Source: Nitrososphaeria archaeon | GTDB taxonomy: Archaea > Thermoproteota > Nitrososphaeria > JACIWG01 | Reading direction: 5' to 3' | NCBI GenBank assembly: GCA_050011875.1 | Contig: JBEKIG010000005.1 | Location: forward strand, 32,001-96,000 | Length of the DNA stretch: 64,000 nt | Shown: positions 42,309 through 52,319 of the stretch, one piece after another | Layout of the letters: the number at the start of each line of letters is the position of its first letter | Numbering within the stretch: position 1 is the first letter of the stretch | Position numbers and translations under genes: made by a program | The notes under the pieces: generated by a model | Told to the model about the DNA's origin: nothing | The model's input: the letters and a program-made list of their open reading frames with translations, nothing else | The model's database searches: none

Positions 42309-42590
42309 CCGTCAAGAAGATTTTGGTCAAATGGTAAAAGTCCTCTGTCAAAGTCGTCAAATAGAGGGACTTGTTCGCAACTTTTTAGTGCAAAAAGGCG
42401 ATAATTAGCATCAATTATGTGCTGCGCACCTAAAATAGCCTTTTGCCTGGGGGCCTCTCCAAGGCCCTTTTCTACGTCGCATGTGTACATTTTTTGCCCA
42501 ATTTTTGCTTTTTTTGACGGGTTTGACGGATCATTGTTTTCCCATTTGACGGATCTGATGGGCTGTTTGACGCATTTGACGAACGCTTAT
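42309..42590. repeat. GTCAA x4 and TTTGACG x5 clusters in opposite orientation
   Basis: TTTGACG at 42513, 42522, 42545, 42566 and 42575. GTCAA copies within 42310-42360. Confidence 0.75.
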
Positions 42591-42890
42591 ATCGTGGTGG
42601 TACCTAAAATTGAAGCCATGAAATATGAGCCATTAAAATATGAAGTGATTCCTGGTAAAATGGAATCAAAACATCCTCCAGAAAAATCGAACAAGCAGGG
42701 CAATAAAGAAGGAAAGGATTAAAAGAAAAAATACGCATAACAGTTATAATTCTATTAATGGCTTCTAACGTTTTTCCTTATTAAAATTTTAATTACCCAG
42801 CTACCCTATTTTTTTAGCGCATAAATTATCACTACAGGAGAATTAAGATTCCAAAGAGTTTATAACATCAACATCCCACCGTCTTCACAG

Positions 42891-43931
42891 ATGAATCTGG
42901 GATTCAATACAACGTTTGTAAGGCAAACCATTGGGATCAGTTATGGAGTGCTTTGTTTTATCCTCTACTATTCTGGAATATATTATATTATAGAGTATTT
43001 AAGACGTCACACGCCTGTGATACTAATGTATCATAGTGTAAACATTCACGATTTTCCTTACATATATCAGGATAATATTGTGGGGGTTGAAAATTTTGAG
43101 AGGCAAATGGTTTACCTTTCAAGCAGAAAGAGAATAATCAGCCTTTCTGAGCTAGCAAAATACCTTGAGCATAATAACCAGTTTCCCCCAAATGTGGCAG
43201 TTATAACTTTTGATGACGGTTACTATGATTTTTACGCCAACGCGCACTCGGTTCTCAAGAAGCATAAGATATCTAGCACCATCTTCCCGATTACAAAGCT
43301 TCTCGATACAGGGGAGCTAAAATGGGAAGATATGCTCACCTACCTTGTAAATGCAACAAAGGTTGAATCTCTCTCCTTATACGCCAAAGGAAAAGTTACA
43401 AATTATAACCTAACTTCTCCAAGCCATAAGCAGAGTTGTATAAGGAAGATGGACTCTACACTCTTAAAGATGAATGAGTTTGAAAGAGCCGCGTGTTTTT
43501 CTAAGATTAAAGAGCAGCTTAAAGTGTCATCTAAACCTTCAGATCATGTAATGTTAGGCTGGAACGAAATTCAGGAACTTCAAAAGGAAGGCTTTGTATC
43601 ATTTGGCTCCCACACACATAGCCACGTTGACCTTGCCGTTCTAAACCCTAAAATGGCTGAGCTCGAAATCTCCCAATCAAAGCAGGAAATTGAAAATTTC
43701 CTCAGTATACCTTGTACACTTTTCAGTTACCCCTTCGGGAAAAGGCATAACTTTAATCAAGGGATTAAGAACTGTCTTAGGGATATGGGTTTCTCGGCAG
43801 CTGTTACCACAATTAGAGGAAGCGTTTCAAAAGGTTCCGACCCATTTGAGTTAAAACGGATCGCTGCTATTGATGAGTCCTCGTACAGATTCAAATGCTC
43901 TCTAATAGGGATTGCACTTCAAAGGAGGTAA
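42891..43931 (+). CDS. Polysaccharide deacetylase (CE4)
   Basis: ILMYH, ITFDDG, GSHTHSH, FSYPFG. Confidence 0.92.
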   Translation: MNLGFNTTFVRQTIGISYGVLCFILYYSGIYYIIEYLRRHTPVILMYHSVNIHDFPYIYQDNIVGVENFERQMVYLSSRKRIISLSELAKYLEHNNQFPPNVAVITFDDGYYDFYANAHSVLKKHKISSTIFPITKLLDTGELKWEDMLTYLVNATKVESLSLYAKGKVTNYNLTSPSHKQSCIRKMDSTLLKMNEFERAACFSKIKEQLKVSSKPSDHVMLGWNEIQELQKEGFVSFGSHTHSHVDLAVLNPKMAELEISQSKQEIENFLSIPCTLFSYPFGKRHNFNQGIKNCLRDMGFSAAVTTIRGSVSKGSDPFELKRIAAIDESSYRFKCSLIGIALQRR

Positions 43932-43942
43932 GGTGATAGTTA

Positions 43943-44755
43943 CTGGTTCAGAGCAAAAGGATCGCCGCAGACTACTTCGACGAAAAGTCTGCGATTTACT
44001 TTGACGAAAACTATAGGAAGGTTGATAAGAAGTATCCGATTCTCTACCTCCGCCATAATTGCATCCTCAACATGCTCGACAATCGCATAGGGCGAGCATT
44101 GGATGTAGGCTGCGGCTCTGGAGCTATGCTCGTCACACTTTCCCAGAGAGGATATGATACCGTCGGTGCAGACATATCTTATGCCATGGTCAGAAAGGCC
44201 AAAGAGCTCGCTTTCAAGTTAAGGACTCCAGAATCTCTTATGTGCGTTGCCGATATCGAGGAATTACCCTTTAAACAGGAATCATTTGACCTGGTTGTCT
44301 GCGCCGGGGTTATAGAGTATTTGGATAAAGATGTTACATCGCTAACGGAGCTTTCGAGGGTACTCAAGCCAAACGGGACAGTCCTCATAACGGTCACGAA
44401 TGCTGTGACCCCCTTTTGGCTTCTTGAAAGCGCGTTAAAGGTCATGGGGCTTTGGAGCGCGGTGGTTACATCAGCGAAGGGAGGAGCACAGTTTCCAAAA
44501 GCTAGAGTTCATATCCCATCAGCCTTAATTCGGATGGCTAAAAAGGTGGATCTCATAGAGGTTGATCGCGCCTATTTCCACTTTACACCCCTTCCTTCTC
44601 CTTTGAATCTGATCTTTGTCAACTTATGCAGGCGAATTGGGCTAGGAATGGAGCATCTCTCGAAGACTTCGCTAGGTTTCATTGGCAGAGGATGTATAAT
44701 GAAGTTTACAAAAAGAACTGTGAAAGAAGATAGGCCTATCAGTGTATCGAGCTGA
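43943..44755 (+). CDS. Class I SAM-dependent methyltransferase
   Basis: LDVGCGSG, LPF..SFD, RVLKPNG. The frame extends upstream of ATG 44072 (DYFDEKS) to a CTG preceded by a GGTGAT SD. Confidence 0.85.
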   Translation: MVQSKRIAADYFDEKSAIYFDENYRKVDKKYPILYLRHNCILNMLDNRIGRALDVGCGSGAMLVTLSQRGYDTVGADISYAMVRKAKELAFKLRTPESLMCVADIEELPFKQESFDLVVCAGVIEYLDKDVTSLTELSRVLKPNGTVLITVTNAVTPFWLLESALKVMGLWSAVVTSAKGGAQFPKARVHIPSALIRMAKKVDLIEVDRAYFHFTPLPSPLNLIFVNLCRRIGLGMEHLSKTSLGFIGRGCIMKFTKRTVKEDRPISVSS

Positions 44756-45053
44756 AAAAGTGAGAATATAGATATCTTTTAATTGTTAATGTAATTACAG
44801 GGTCACCCTCTCACCCTTAAGGTGTTTGAGAATGTAGCCAACACACATTTGCCACTTCATAGCACATTCCTAAGATTGGTAGTTTCAGCCAAAACCTCAA
44901 GGACCCATGATAATAGTCACCTGCCATGAGATTAGAAGAGAATCCATGAACCCTCAGTTAAGCATTATATATTTGGTTGAAAAATAACATAAAGAAATTT
45001 AAAAGAGAAATGGGAAAAGTTTAACAGAGGTCTAAAATTACTCCTTATAGTGG

Positions 45054-46082
45054 ATGACTTCGCAGAATTCTGTCGGAAAGAGGCCTAAGGCGATACTTTT
45101 GTATTCAGGAGGGCTTGACAGCTCCATTGTACTCTATTTTCTCCTTTCGATAGGGGTTGATGTCGTGCCTGTGACGTTTACCACACCGTTCTGTAACTAT
45201 GACCTGAATGGTGACGCTTACGCGAGTGTTGTCGCGAATGTCAAAAAATTGGGGTTGAACGTGAGAAACGTAGACCTCGGAAACGAATATCTTGGTTTAC
45301 TGCGTTCTCCTAAGCACGGTTTTGGAAGCGCAGCTAATCCATGTATAGACTGCCGCATACTGATGCTTAAACGTGCAAAGAAGGTCCTTGAGGCTGAATG
45401 TGCAGATTTCATCGCAACAGGAGAGGTAATGGGCCAGAGGCCCTTCTCCCAAAGCCGAGAAAAATTCGAATTAATAGACAGGGAAGCTGGTGTTGAGGGG
45501 TTGGTGGTTAGACCACTCTCAGGCAAATTTCTACCAGAAACACTTGCCTGCAAGAAAGGATTGATCGCCAAAGAGGATTTGTTTGAGATCAAAGGGAAGA
45601 CAAGAACTTCTCAGATCCAGTTAGCTAGGGAATTGAATATTGAAAAATATGCTGCTCCAGCTGGAGGATGTCTTCTAACTGAACCAGCCTTCGGAAAACG
45701 ATTCAAGGACCTAAAGAAGTTCAAACCGGATTTTTCGATGGAGGACGTGATTCTATTGCGTTTTGGAAGACACTTCCGAATCGACGAGAAAAATAAGATA
45801 ATCGTTTGCAGGCATCAAGTCGAAAATGAAACCATACGCAACTATCTTTCTGAACATGACGTATTATTTGAAGTATTGGACAACATCGGTCCACTTTGCG
45901 TGTACTTCGGAGACCTAACCCACGATTCAATGAAGAAAGCTGCAACGTACGCTGTGTCCTATTCTAAGGCACCCAAAGATAGGCCATCAAATGTGAAGTT
46001 TTCGAATTTAAGGGGGACGTTAATGGAGATACTTGTAGCATCCCCTATGTCGATGGAAGAGATGCATAAAAAAATGGTTTAA
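45054..46082 (+). CDS. tRNA sulfurtransferase (ThiI/MnmA-like PP-loop family)
   Basis: SGGLDS, NPCIDCR, TGEV.GQRP.SQ, PAGGCLLT, GRHFR. Confidence 0.85.
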   Translation: MTSQNSVGKRPKAILLYSGGLDSSIVLYFLLSIGVDVVPVTFTTPFCNYDLNGDAYASVVANVKKLGLNVRNVDLGNEYLGLLRSPKHGFGSAANPCIDCRILMLKRAKKVLEAECADFIATGEVMGQRPFSQSREKFELIDREAGVEGLVVRPLSGKFLPETLACKKGLIAKEDLFEIKGKTRTSQIQLARELNIEKYAAPAGGCLLTEPAFGKRFKDLKKFKPDFSMEDVILLRFGRHFRIDEKNKIIVCRHQVENETIRNYLSEHDVLFEVLDNIGPLCVYFGDLTHDSMKKAATYAVSYSKAPKDRPSNVKFSNLRGTLMEILVASPMSMEEMHKKMV

Positions 46083-46254
46083 AAGCTTGATGGTTAAATT
46101 CAACATTCAAGATTATTTTATTCAACGTGAAAAATTTATGAACAAAGCAATATTTGACGAAACAGTAAATATAATCCGGTGATGAAACTTTTACATTTTG
46201 AGAAGTCATAAGGCTTAAATAGCTAACTTAGGGGGCACCTCATAGTAATAATTT

Positions 46255-47700
46255 ATGCAGTACAGGTGGACGGTTCTTACGGTCACAACAGTAGGTGTTC
46301 TGATGTCGGGAATCGACTCTAGGATACTTATAGTTGGTCTCCCAACAGTGGCCGCGGCTTTAGGCGCCGACGCGGAAGAGGCGATATGGTTCACTCAGTC
46401 TTACGTCCTCGCCAGCACCATCGTGCTTCTGCTGATCGGACGCCTCACCGATATAGTTGGGCGGGTTAAAATCTACAACATAGGATTTGTAATCTTTACA
46501 ATAGGTTCTGCGCTTACCAGTATATCGGCTTCTCCTCTTCAAGTGATAATTTTCAGAAGCGTGCAGGGGTTGGGCTCCGCGTTCCTTTTCACGAACAGCG
46601 TGGCTCTGATAGCCGACGCCACGTCGAGAAAAGAGCTTGGCCTATCTCTGGGCATAAACCAGGTCGCGTTCAGGTTCGGGGCTATGGCTGGGCTGACGCT
46701 CAGCGGTGCCATTTTGTCTATCATAGACTGGAGGGCTCTCTTCTACATCAACATACCTGTTGGAATCTTTGGAACCTACTGGGCTCATAAGAGGTTAAAG
46801 GAGATCGCTCAGACGGAGAAGGGTTCCCACTTTGACCTAGTAGGTTTCATCCTTTTCACCTTTTCCCTTCTTGGCTTATTATTGGCGTTAACCTTCGACG
46901 CATACGGCTTCACTGAGCTTTTTACCGTAATCGGCTTGACTCTGGCGTCTGTCGTCTCCTTCACCGTCTTTATCTTTTACGAAAGAAGGATCAGATATCC
47001 CGTATTAGATTTTAAGCTTTTCAAGATAAAAGAGTTCACGGGCGGCTGTGTTGCACAACTGTTGAACGCTGTTGCCTGGGGAGGAGTGATGCTTCTGCTT
47101 AGCCTGTACCTAGAACTTGTCCAAGGCTACAGTGCATTAGATGCCGGCATCAGACTCATACCCTTCGAAGTAGCGTTCCTGATCTTTGGACCTATAAGTG
47201 GAAGGTATTCTGATAGGATCGGGCAGAGACCTTTCGTTATATCAGGATTAGCTGTGTCAAGTCTATCACTCTTTCTCCTCTCCACGACCGGTGTTAATAC
47301 GCCCTACAGTAGCCTCGTGGTCTATATGTCGATCCTCGGCGCTGGCACAGGGATGTTTTCTTCACCTAACATGAGCGCTGTAATGGGTTCGGTTCCTGCA
47401 AGGCAAAGAGGGGTTGGTTCTGCGATTAGAGCCCTATTCTTCAACATAGGTTCCGTGATCAGCTTGAACCTTGCAATAATCATAATGGCCGCAACAGTTC
47501 CCTACTCATTGATATCGTCTATAATTTCGTCAATTAGTGCTTCCCTACCGACAGCTGACAGGGTGCTCTTCGCCAACGCCCTTAGCCAGACGTATCTTTG
47601 GATGGGCGTGGTCAACACAACTGCACTCGTCCCCTCGCTATTATGGCGTAAAAGTTCCAAGATCCAAGAGACAAAGCAGGTCGGAGACTTCTATGAATGA
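46255..47700 (+). CDS. MFS transporter, DHA2 (EmrB/QacA) type
   Basis: GRLTDIVGR, WRALFYINIPVG, about 14 TM helices. Confidence 0.92.
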   Translation: MQYRWTVLTVTTVGVLMSGIDSRILIVGLPTVAAALGADAEEAIWFTQSYVLASTIVLLLIGRLTDIVGRVKIYNIGFVIFTIGSALTSISASPLQVIIFRSVQGLGSAFLFTNSVALIADATSRKELGLSLGINQVAFRFGAMAGLTLSGAILSIIDWRALFYINIPVGIFGTYWAHKRLKEIAQTEKGSHFDLVGFILFTFSLLGLLLALTFDAYGFTELFTVIGLTLASVVSFTVFIFYERRIRYPVLDFKLFKIKEFTGGCVAQLLNAVAWGGVMLLLSLYLELVQGYSALDAGIRLIPFEVAFLIFGPISGRYSDRIGQRPFVISGLAVSSLSLFLLSTTGVNTPYSSLVVYMSILGAGTGMFSSPNMSAVMGSVPARQRGVGSAIRALFFNIGSVISLNLAIIIMAATVPYSLISSIISSISASLPTADRVLFANALSQTYLWMGVVNTTALVPSLLWRKSSKIQETKQVGDFYE

Positions 47701-47779
47701 TAGATCCTTCACTTTTTATCCGATAATATAACAAATTTTAAATACGCTTTTCAAGTCTTCCTATTCGGGAGCCTGAAAA

Positions 47780-48115
47780 TTGAGTTTATTCATCGGCTAT
47801 ATCTTCGTGGTCACCCTTTTAGTGGCCGCCATCATTTTCTGGATAGGCTCCAAGATTTCACCCAAAACGGAGCCGTCCGAGAATAAGATGCTTCCCTACG
47901 CAGGAGGTGAAAGAGTTGAACACGAACTTGTACCCGTCAGCATCAGGATATTCGATTACGCTCTGCTCTTTATAATTTTCGAGGTTATATCGCTACTGCT
48001 TCTCTTCTCTTTAGGCCCATTCGAAGGAACCCCTGATCTGATAAGTAAGGTAGGCGTAATAATATATGTCGGCGTCGTCTCACTCGCGTTCTACGTTTTT
48101 GCTAGGAGGGTATAG
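47780..48115 (+). CDS. nuoA: NuoA-like membrane subunit
   Basis: Three TMs, K..PYAGGE, YALLFIIFE. Confidence 0.85.
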   Translation: MSLFIGYIFVVTLLVAAIIFWIGSKISPKTEPSENKMLPYAGGERVEHELVPVSIRIFDYALLFIIFEVISLLLLFSLGPFEGTPDLISKVGVIIYVGVVSLAFYVFARRV

Positions 48116-48117
48116 TC

Positions 48118-48543
48118 ATGGGTTTGGTGAGCTGGTGTAGAAAGAAAAGCCCTTGGGTAACACACTTTTGCACGGGGTCCTGTAATGCTTGCGATATCGA
48201 GATACTCGCGTGCCTTACGCCTCGCTACGATGTCGAACGCTTTGGTGCGGTTTTAAAAGGCAGTGCGAGGCATTCCGACATACTTCTTGTCACAGGTCCC
48301 TGCACCCTTCAGGTGCGCGATCGTCTGATTCGTGTATACGAGCAGATGCCTGAACCCAAGTATGTCGTCGCAGTGGGAACGTGTGCGATAAGCAGTGGCG
48401 TCTATCGCAACGGCTACAACGTCTACCCCGGAGTGGATTCCATTATACCGGTTTCTGCATATATTTCAGGATGCCCCGTTAAGCCGGAAAACATTCTAAA
48501 TGGACTAGTGTTTTTGCTGAAGAAGATAGGTGAAGGTAAATGA
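48118..48543 (+). CDS. nuoB: Group 4 hydrogenase small subunit / NuoB-like
   Basis: SCNACDIE, GTCA..G, GCP. Confidence 0.9.
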   Translation: MGLVSWCRKKSPWVTHFCTGSCNACDIEILACLTPRYDVERFGAVLKGSARHSDILLVTGPCTLQVRDRLIRVYEQMPEPKYVVAVGTCAISSGVYRNGYNVYPGVDSIIPVSAYISGCPVKPENILNGLVFLLKKIGEGK

Positions 48544-49007
48544 GCTCAGAGGAAGAGGTCTTTAACGAGCTTAAAAATGCCTTCGGTGAAAAGTTACTTG
48601 ATCATAAAGTTCAGAAGAGAAGGGTCTTCATTCAGGTTTCTAATGATGTGTACAAGGATGTTGTGAAGTTTCTTGTCAACAGCAAGGGGATATACCACCT
48701 TGAGATGATGACTGGCACCGAGCTTAAGGATGGTATAGAGGTCATGGCCCATATGGGTTTAGACACTTCAATATCGATTCGGACGACGGTTAGCAAGGAT
48801 GAACCCAAGCTACCGTCTATATGCGATGTGACAGTCGGCGCCGAATTCTACGAGCGCGAAATTCACGACCTTCTAGGCGTGACCTTCGAAGGACACCCCA
48901 ACCCTGTTCGTTTTGTCCTATCTAGTGAATGGCCTGAAAATGTTCATCCTCTGAGAAAGAGTTATGTAACCAAACATAACGCTCCTCTACGTGAGGGTGT
49001 GGAATAA
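48540..49007 (+). CDS. nuoC: NuoC-like subunit
   Basis: YEREIHDLLGV.F.GHP, HPLRK. Confidence 0.9.
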   Translation: MSSEEEVFNELKNAFGEKLLDHKVQKRRVFIQVSNDVYKDVVKFLVNSKGIYHLEMMTGTELKDGIEVMAHMGLDTSISIRTTVSKDEPKLPSICDVTVGAEFYEREIHDLLGVTFEGHPNPVRFVLSSEWPENVHPLRKSYVTKHNAPLREGVE

Positions 49008-50194
49008 TGTCGACCTTCGATATTCCGATCGGTCCCCAGCATCCCGCTCTCCCTGAGCCTCTTCTTTTGAAGTTGGAGGTTGAAGGGGAGGCTGTTGTCG
49101 GTGTTAACTTTGATGTTTCCTACATGCATAGGGGGATAGAGAAACTTCTTGAAACAAGAAGCTACTTCCAAGGGCTGCCATTGATTGAAAGGATCTGTGG
49201 AATCTGCAACGCAGCTCACGGCGTCTGCTATACGCTTAACGTGGAAAAGCTGTATGACAAAGAAATACCGAAGAGAGCCCAGTACCTTAGACTCATCGTC
49301 GAAGAATTGAGCAGAATACATAGCCACCTTCTTTGGCTCGGCATCGCAGCCTACGAGATAGGGTTCAACACGATGTTCATGTACACTTGGAGAGATCGGG
49401 AACATGTTATGGATATGTTAGAATCCATAACTGGCAACAGGATCACGACGGAGTACAGTCAGATAGGTGGAGTCAGAAGGGATATTCCACCCGAACTTGC
49501 CAGTAGGCTTCTAAAGGTGATGGATGTTATAGAAGAACGTACAAAGTACTACATCAGGGTTGCTCTGACAGATCGTGTAATTGCGAAGAGAACGCAGGGG
49601 GTGGGTTACCTCTCCACCGCTGATGCGAAGTCGACCTGCTCGGTTGGTCCAATAGTTCGCGCCTCAAGTGTGAAGTTCGACGTCCGCGCAAGCGACCCAT
49701 ATGTAGCACATGATGAAGTACCGTTCAACGTGATAACCAGCGATTCATGCGACGTATTTGGCAGGGTTGTTGTCAGAGCCAAAGAGCTCCTAGAATGCGT
49801 TAACATGATACGCTACGCTGTGCAGCATCTACCTGAGGGGCCGTTCAGAATTAAGCTACCCATGAAACCAAATGCCGGTGAAGCTCTGACACGTGTCGAG
49901 GCACCTAGGGGCGAACTGCTGCACTACACGCTGTCAGATGGCACCCCTAAACCGTACAGGTACAAGGTCAGGACCCCCACCTTAGCTAACTTGGGAGCGT
50001 TAAGGGTGATGCTCACCTCTAAGGGAAGATATGTCGTGAACATCGGTGACATTCCGATAATATATGGAGCGCTCGATCCCTGCATATGTTGCACGGCAAG
50101 GGTTAATTTCGTTGATGTAAAAAAGGGAAAGAGCTGGATTTGGTCTCTGGATGAAATCAGAGAAATGTCTAGGAGAGGTGGACTACTTAAATGA
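49007..50194 (+). CDS. Group 4 [NiFe]-hydrogenase large subunit (NuoD-like)
   Basis: GPQHP, HRGIEK, ERICGIC and DPCICCTAR, plus a C-terminal extension. Confidence 0.9.
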   Translation: MSTFDIPIGPQHPALPEPLLLKLEVEGEAVVGVNFDVSYMHRGIEKLLETRSYFQGLPLIERICGICNAAHGVCYTLNVEKLYDKEIPKRAQYLRLIVEELSRIHSHLLWLGIAAYEIGFNTMFMYTWRDREHVMDMLESITGNRITTEYSQIGGVRRDIPPELASRLLKVMDVIEERTKYYIRVALTDRVIAKRTQGVGYLSTADAKSTCSVGPIVRASSVKFDVRASDPYVAHDEVPFNVITSDSCDVFGRVVVRAKELLECVNMIRYAVQHLPEGPFRIKLPMKPNAGEALTRVEAPRGELLHYTLSDGTPKPYRYKVRTPTLANLGALRVMLTSKGRYVVNIGDIPIIYGALDPCICCTARVNFVDVKKGKSWIWSLDEIREMSRRGGLLK

Positions 50195-51165
50195 GCTTGG
50201 AAGGGTACATTATTGAAACGCTTAGAGCCGTCATCTTTCCAGGATTCCTTTTCATGTTCTTTTTGGCCCTTTTCTACGAATGGTTTGATAGAAAGTTCTA
50301 TGCGCGTTTGCAGAACAGGGTTGGTCCTCTTTACACAGGTTACTCGGGCATTCTTCAGCCTTTTGCGGACTTTGTGAAGCTGCTCTCCAAAGAAGATATC
50401 GTTCCACAAAAAGTTGACAGGTTCCTATTTACGATGACCCCCCTTTTCTCCCTGACATTAACCATCTTTGCGTGTCTACTTCTGCCAATCTCATCAGGTA
50501 GTGGAATTGTCTCATTCAATGGTGATGCGATCATTTCCATTACGATCCTAACTTTCATATGCATAACCGTCTTTTTCGCAGGAATCTGCTCGTACAATCG
50601 CTTTGCAATAATTGGCGCTGAGCGTTCATTTCTTCAGCTAATAGGGTATGAAATTCCACTGATGCTTTCTGTTGTAGGTGTCGCTTTGACTGCTAAGGTG
50701 TTATCCCTCTCAAGTATCGTGTCTTCGCAAGAAAATCTATGGCATATATTTGGCCCTCAGGCACTCGGATTCGTTGTTTTCATCGTCGCAGCTCAGGCTG
50801 AGCTAGAACGCATTCCTTTCGACCTTCCTGAGGCTGAGCAGGAAATCATCGCGGGATGGAACGTAGACTATACTGGAAGAAGGTTAGCTATGTTTAGGCT
50901 CGCTAGGGACATTGAGCTAGTGTTCCTATGTGGGCTTGGGGCAACCCTCTTCCTCGGAGGACCCTTAGGCCCAGTGATCGAAGGATATTCTACCGTATTT
51001 TATACGGTGTACTTTGTAATCAAATCACTATTCATTTTAGCTATTTTAACAGTTGTCAGGGCTCTATTTGGTCGTCTGAGGATAGATCAGGTCGTCGGCT
51101 TCTCCTGGAAGTACATTTTACCGCTGGCATTACTGCAGTTTATTGTTGTGAGGTTGTTGCTTTAA
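50191..51165 (+). CDS. nuoH: NuoH-like membrane subunit
   Basis: ARLQNRVGP, QPFADFVKL..KE, PFDLPEAE. Confidence 0.92.
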   Translation: MSLEGYIIETLRAVIFPGFLFMFFLALFYEWFDRKFYARLQNRVGPLYTGYSGILQPFADFVKLLSKEDIVPQKVDRFLFTMTPLFSLTLTIFACLLLPISSGSGIVSFNGDAIISITILTFICITVFFAGICSYNRFAIIGAERSFLQLIGYEIPLMLSVVGVALTAKVLSLSSIVSSQENLWHIFGPQALGFVVFIVAAQAELERIPFDLPEAEQEIIAGWNVDYTGRRLAMFRLARDIELVFLCGLGATLFLGGPLGPVIEGYSTVFYTVYFVIKSLFILAILTVVRALFGRLRIDQVVGFSWKYILPLALLQFIVVRLLL

Positions 51166-51500
51166 TGTCTATGCTGGGTGAAATATTAAGAAACCTGTTC
51201 AAGCCGAGGGCTACGGTCCTTTATCCTGAAGAAAAAGATAAGGTTCATCTCCCGGCAGGTTACAGAGGAAAACTTGAATTCTACCGTGAAAAGTGTATTG
51301 GTTGCACGCTCTGCTATCAGGTTTGTCCCTCGCTTGTAATTGAAATGGTAACGGATCAAAAGGGTAAAAGGCCTGTTTTTGATATTTCAAGATGCACTTA
51401 TTGCGCTCAATGTGAAGACATTTGCCCTACGAAGGCGATTCATCTGACAGATCAGTATGAGGTGATTGCCTTAGATAGGAAGGATATGGTGGTGAAATAG
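51165..51500 (+). CDS. nuoI: NuoI-like 2x[4Fe-4S] subunit
   Basis: T..YP, CIGCTLC...CP and CTYCAQC...CP. Confidence 0.9.
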   Translation: MSMLGEILRNLFKPRATVLYPEEKDKVHLPAGYRGKLEFYREKCIGCTLCYQVCPSLVIEMVTDQKGKRPVFDISRCTYCAQCEDICPTKAIHLTDQYEVIALDRKDMVVK

Positions 51501-51501
51501 T

Positions 51502-51747
51502 TTGGAGGTAATCTTTCAGGTTTTATTCGGAATTCTCGCCCTGTTTATCGCCGCATTAGCTATCGAATCGAAGGATATTGTGCGTTCAATACTTTACTTC
51601 CTCCTATTCAGCGTCGTCATAGGCGTAATAATATTCATGCTTGGAGCTCCCTACGTAGCAGTCTTCCAGCTTATGGTGTACGCGGGAGGCGTTTCAGTGC
51701 TGTTCCTCGCGACCCTGCACACTATAGGAGGTAGGATAAAGAAATGA
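51502..51747 (+). CDS. nuoJ: NuoJ N-terminal-half-like subunit
   Basis: Three TMs, LGAPYVAVFQLMVYAGG. Confidence 0.8.
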   Translation: MEVIFQVLFGILALFIAALAIESKDIVRSILYFLLFSVVIGVIIFMLGAPYVAVFQLMVYAGGVSVLFLATLHTIGGRIKK

Positions 51748-52016
51748 CGTATGAAGGCAGGCCGATATACAGGCTCTTCACGATTTTGATGATGGTCTTT
51801 GTGTTCGCTGGGCTGTTCTTTGGGCTGATTCAGATCAGGACAGTCGGCACCCCTATAGTCTGGGATTTTGTGAAAGCACCCTACTTCATCTGGACCTATA
51901 GGTTTATCGACGTCATAGCCCAGGGTTTCATCATCTTTGCCACGGTTGCCGCGATAGCCGCCTTGCTTAGGGAGGAGAAGATCGGCTTTATGGAGGAAGA
52001 GGAGGAGGAAGCCTAA
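51744..52016 (+). CDS. NuoJ C-terminal-half / MbhE-like subunit
   Basis: Two TMs, W.YR..D..Q motif, position between nuoJ and nuoK. Confidence 0.7.
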   Translation: MTYEGRPIYRLFTILMMVFVFAGLFFGLIQIRTVGTPIVWDFVKAPYFIWTYRFIDVIAQGFIIFATVAAIAALLREEKIGFMEEEEEEA

Positions 52017-52319
52017 ATGTTCACGATCTTAGTTGTGTTCGTGTTCTTTCTCTTGGGGCTTGCGGTGTACTGTATGGTAACAAAGAAGAATATTATAAAG
52101 ACACTAATCGGGCTGGAGATCTTTACCTCATCGGTTAACCTTAACTTTGTCGTAATGGGTGCGACAGAAGGGGGCGTCGATGCCCTAGGTCAGTCTTTCG
52201 CGATCATTTCTATAGCTATCGGAGCTTCTGTGGCAGCGGTCGCTTTAGCTCTTATAATCAACGTCTACCGTCACTATGGGAATGTGGACTGGGATATCGT
52301 GAGGCGTTTGAAATGGTAA
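52017..52319 (+). CDS. nuoK: NuoK/MrpC-like subunit
   Basis: NIIK.LIGLEI, three TMs. Confidence 0.85.
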   Translation: MFTILVVFVFFLLGLAVYCMVTKKNIIKTLIGLEIFTSSVNLNFVVMGATEGGVDALGQSFAIISIAIGASVAAVALALIINVYRHYGNVDWDIVRRLKW

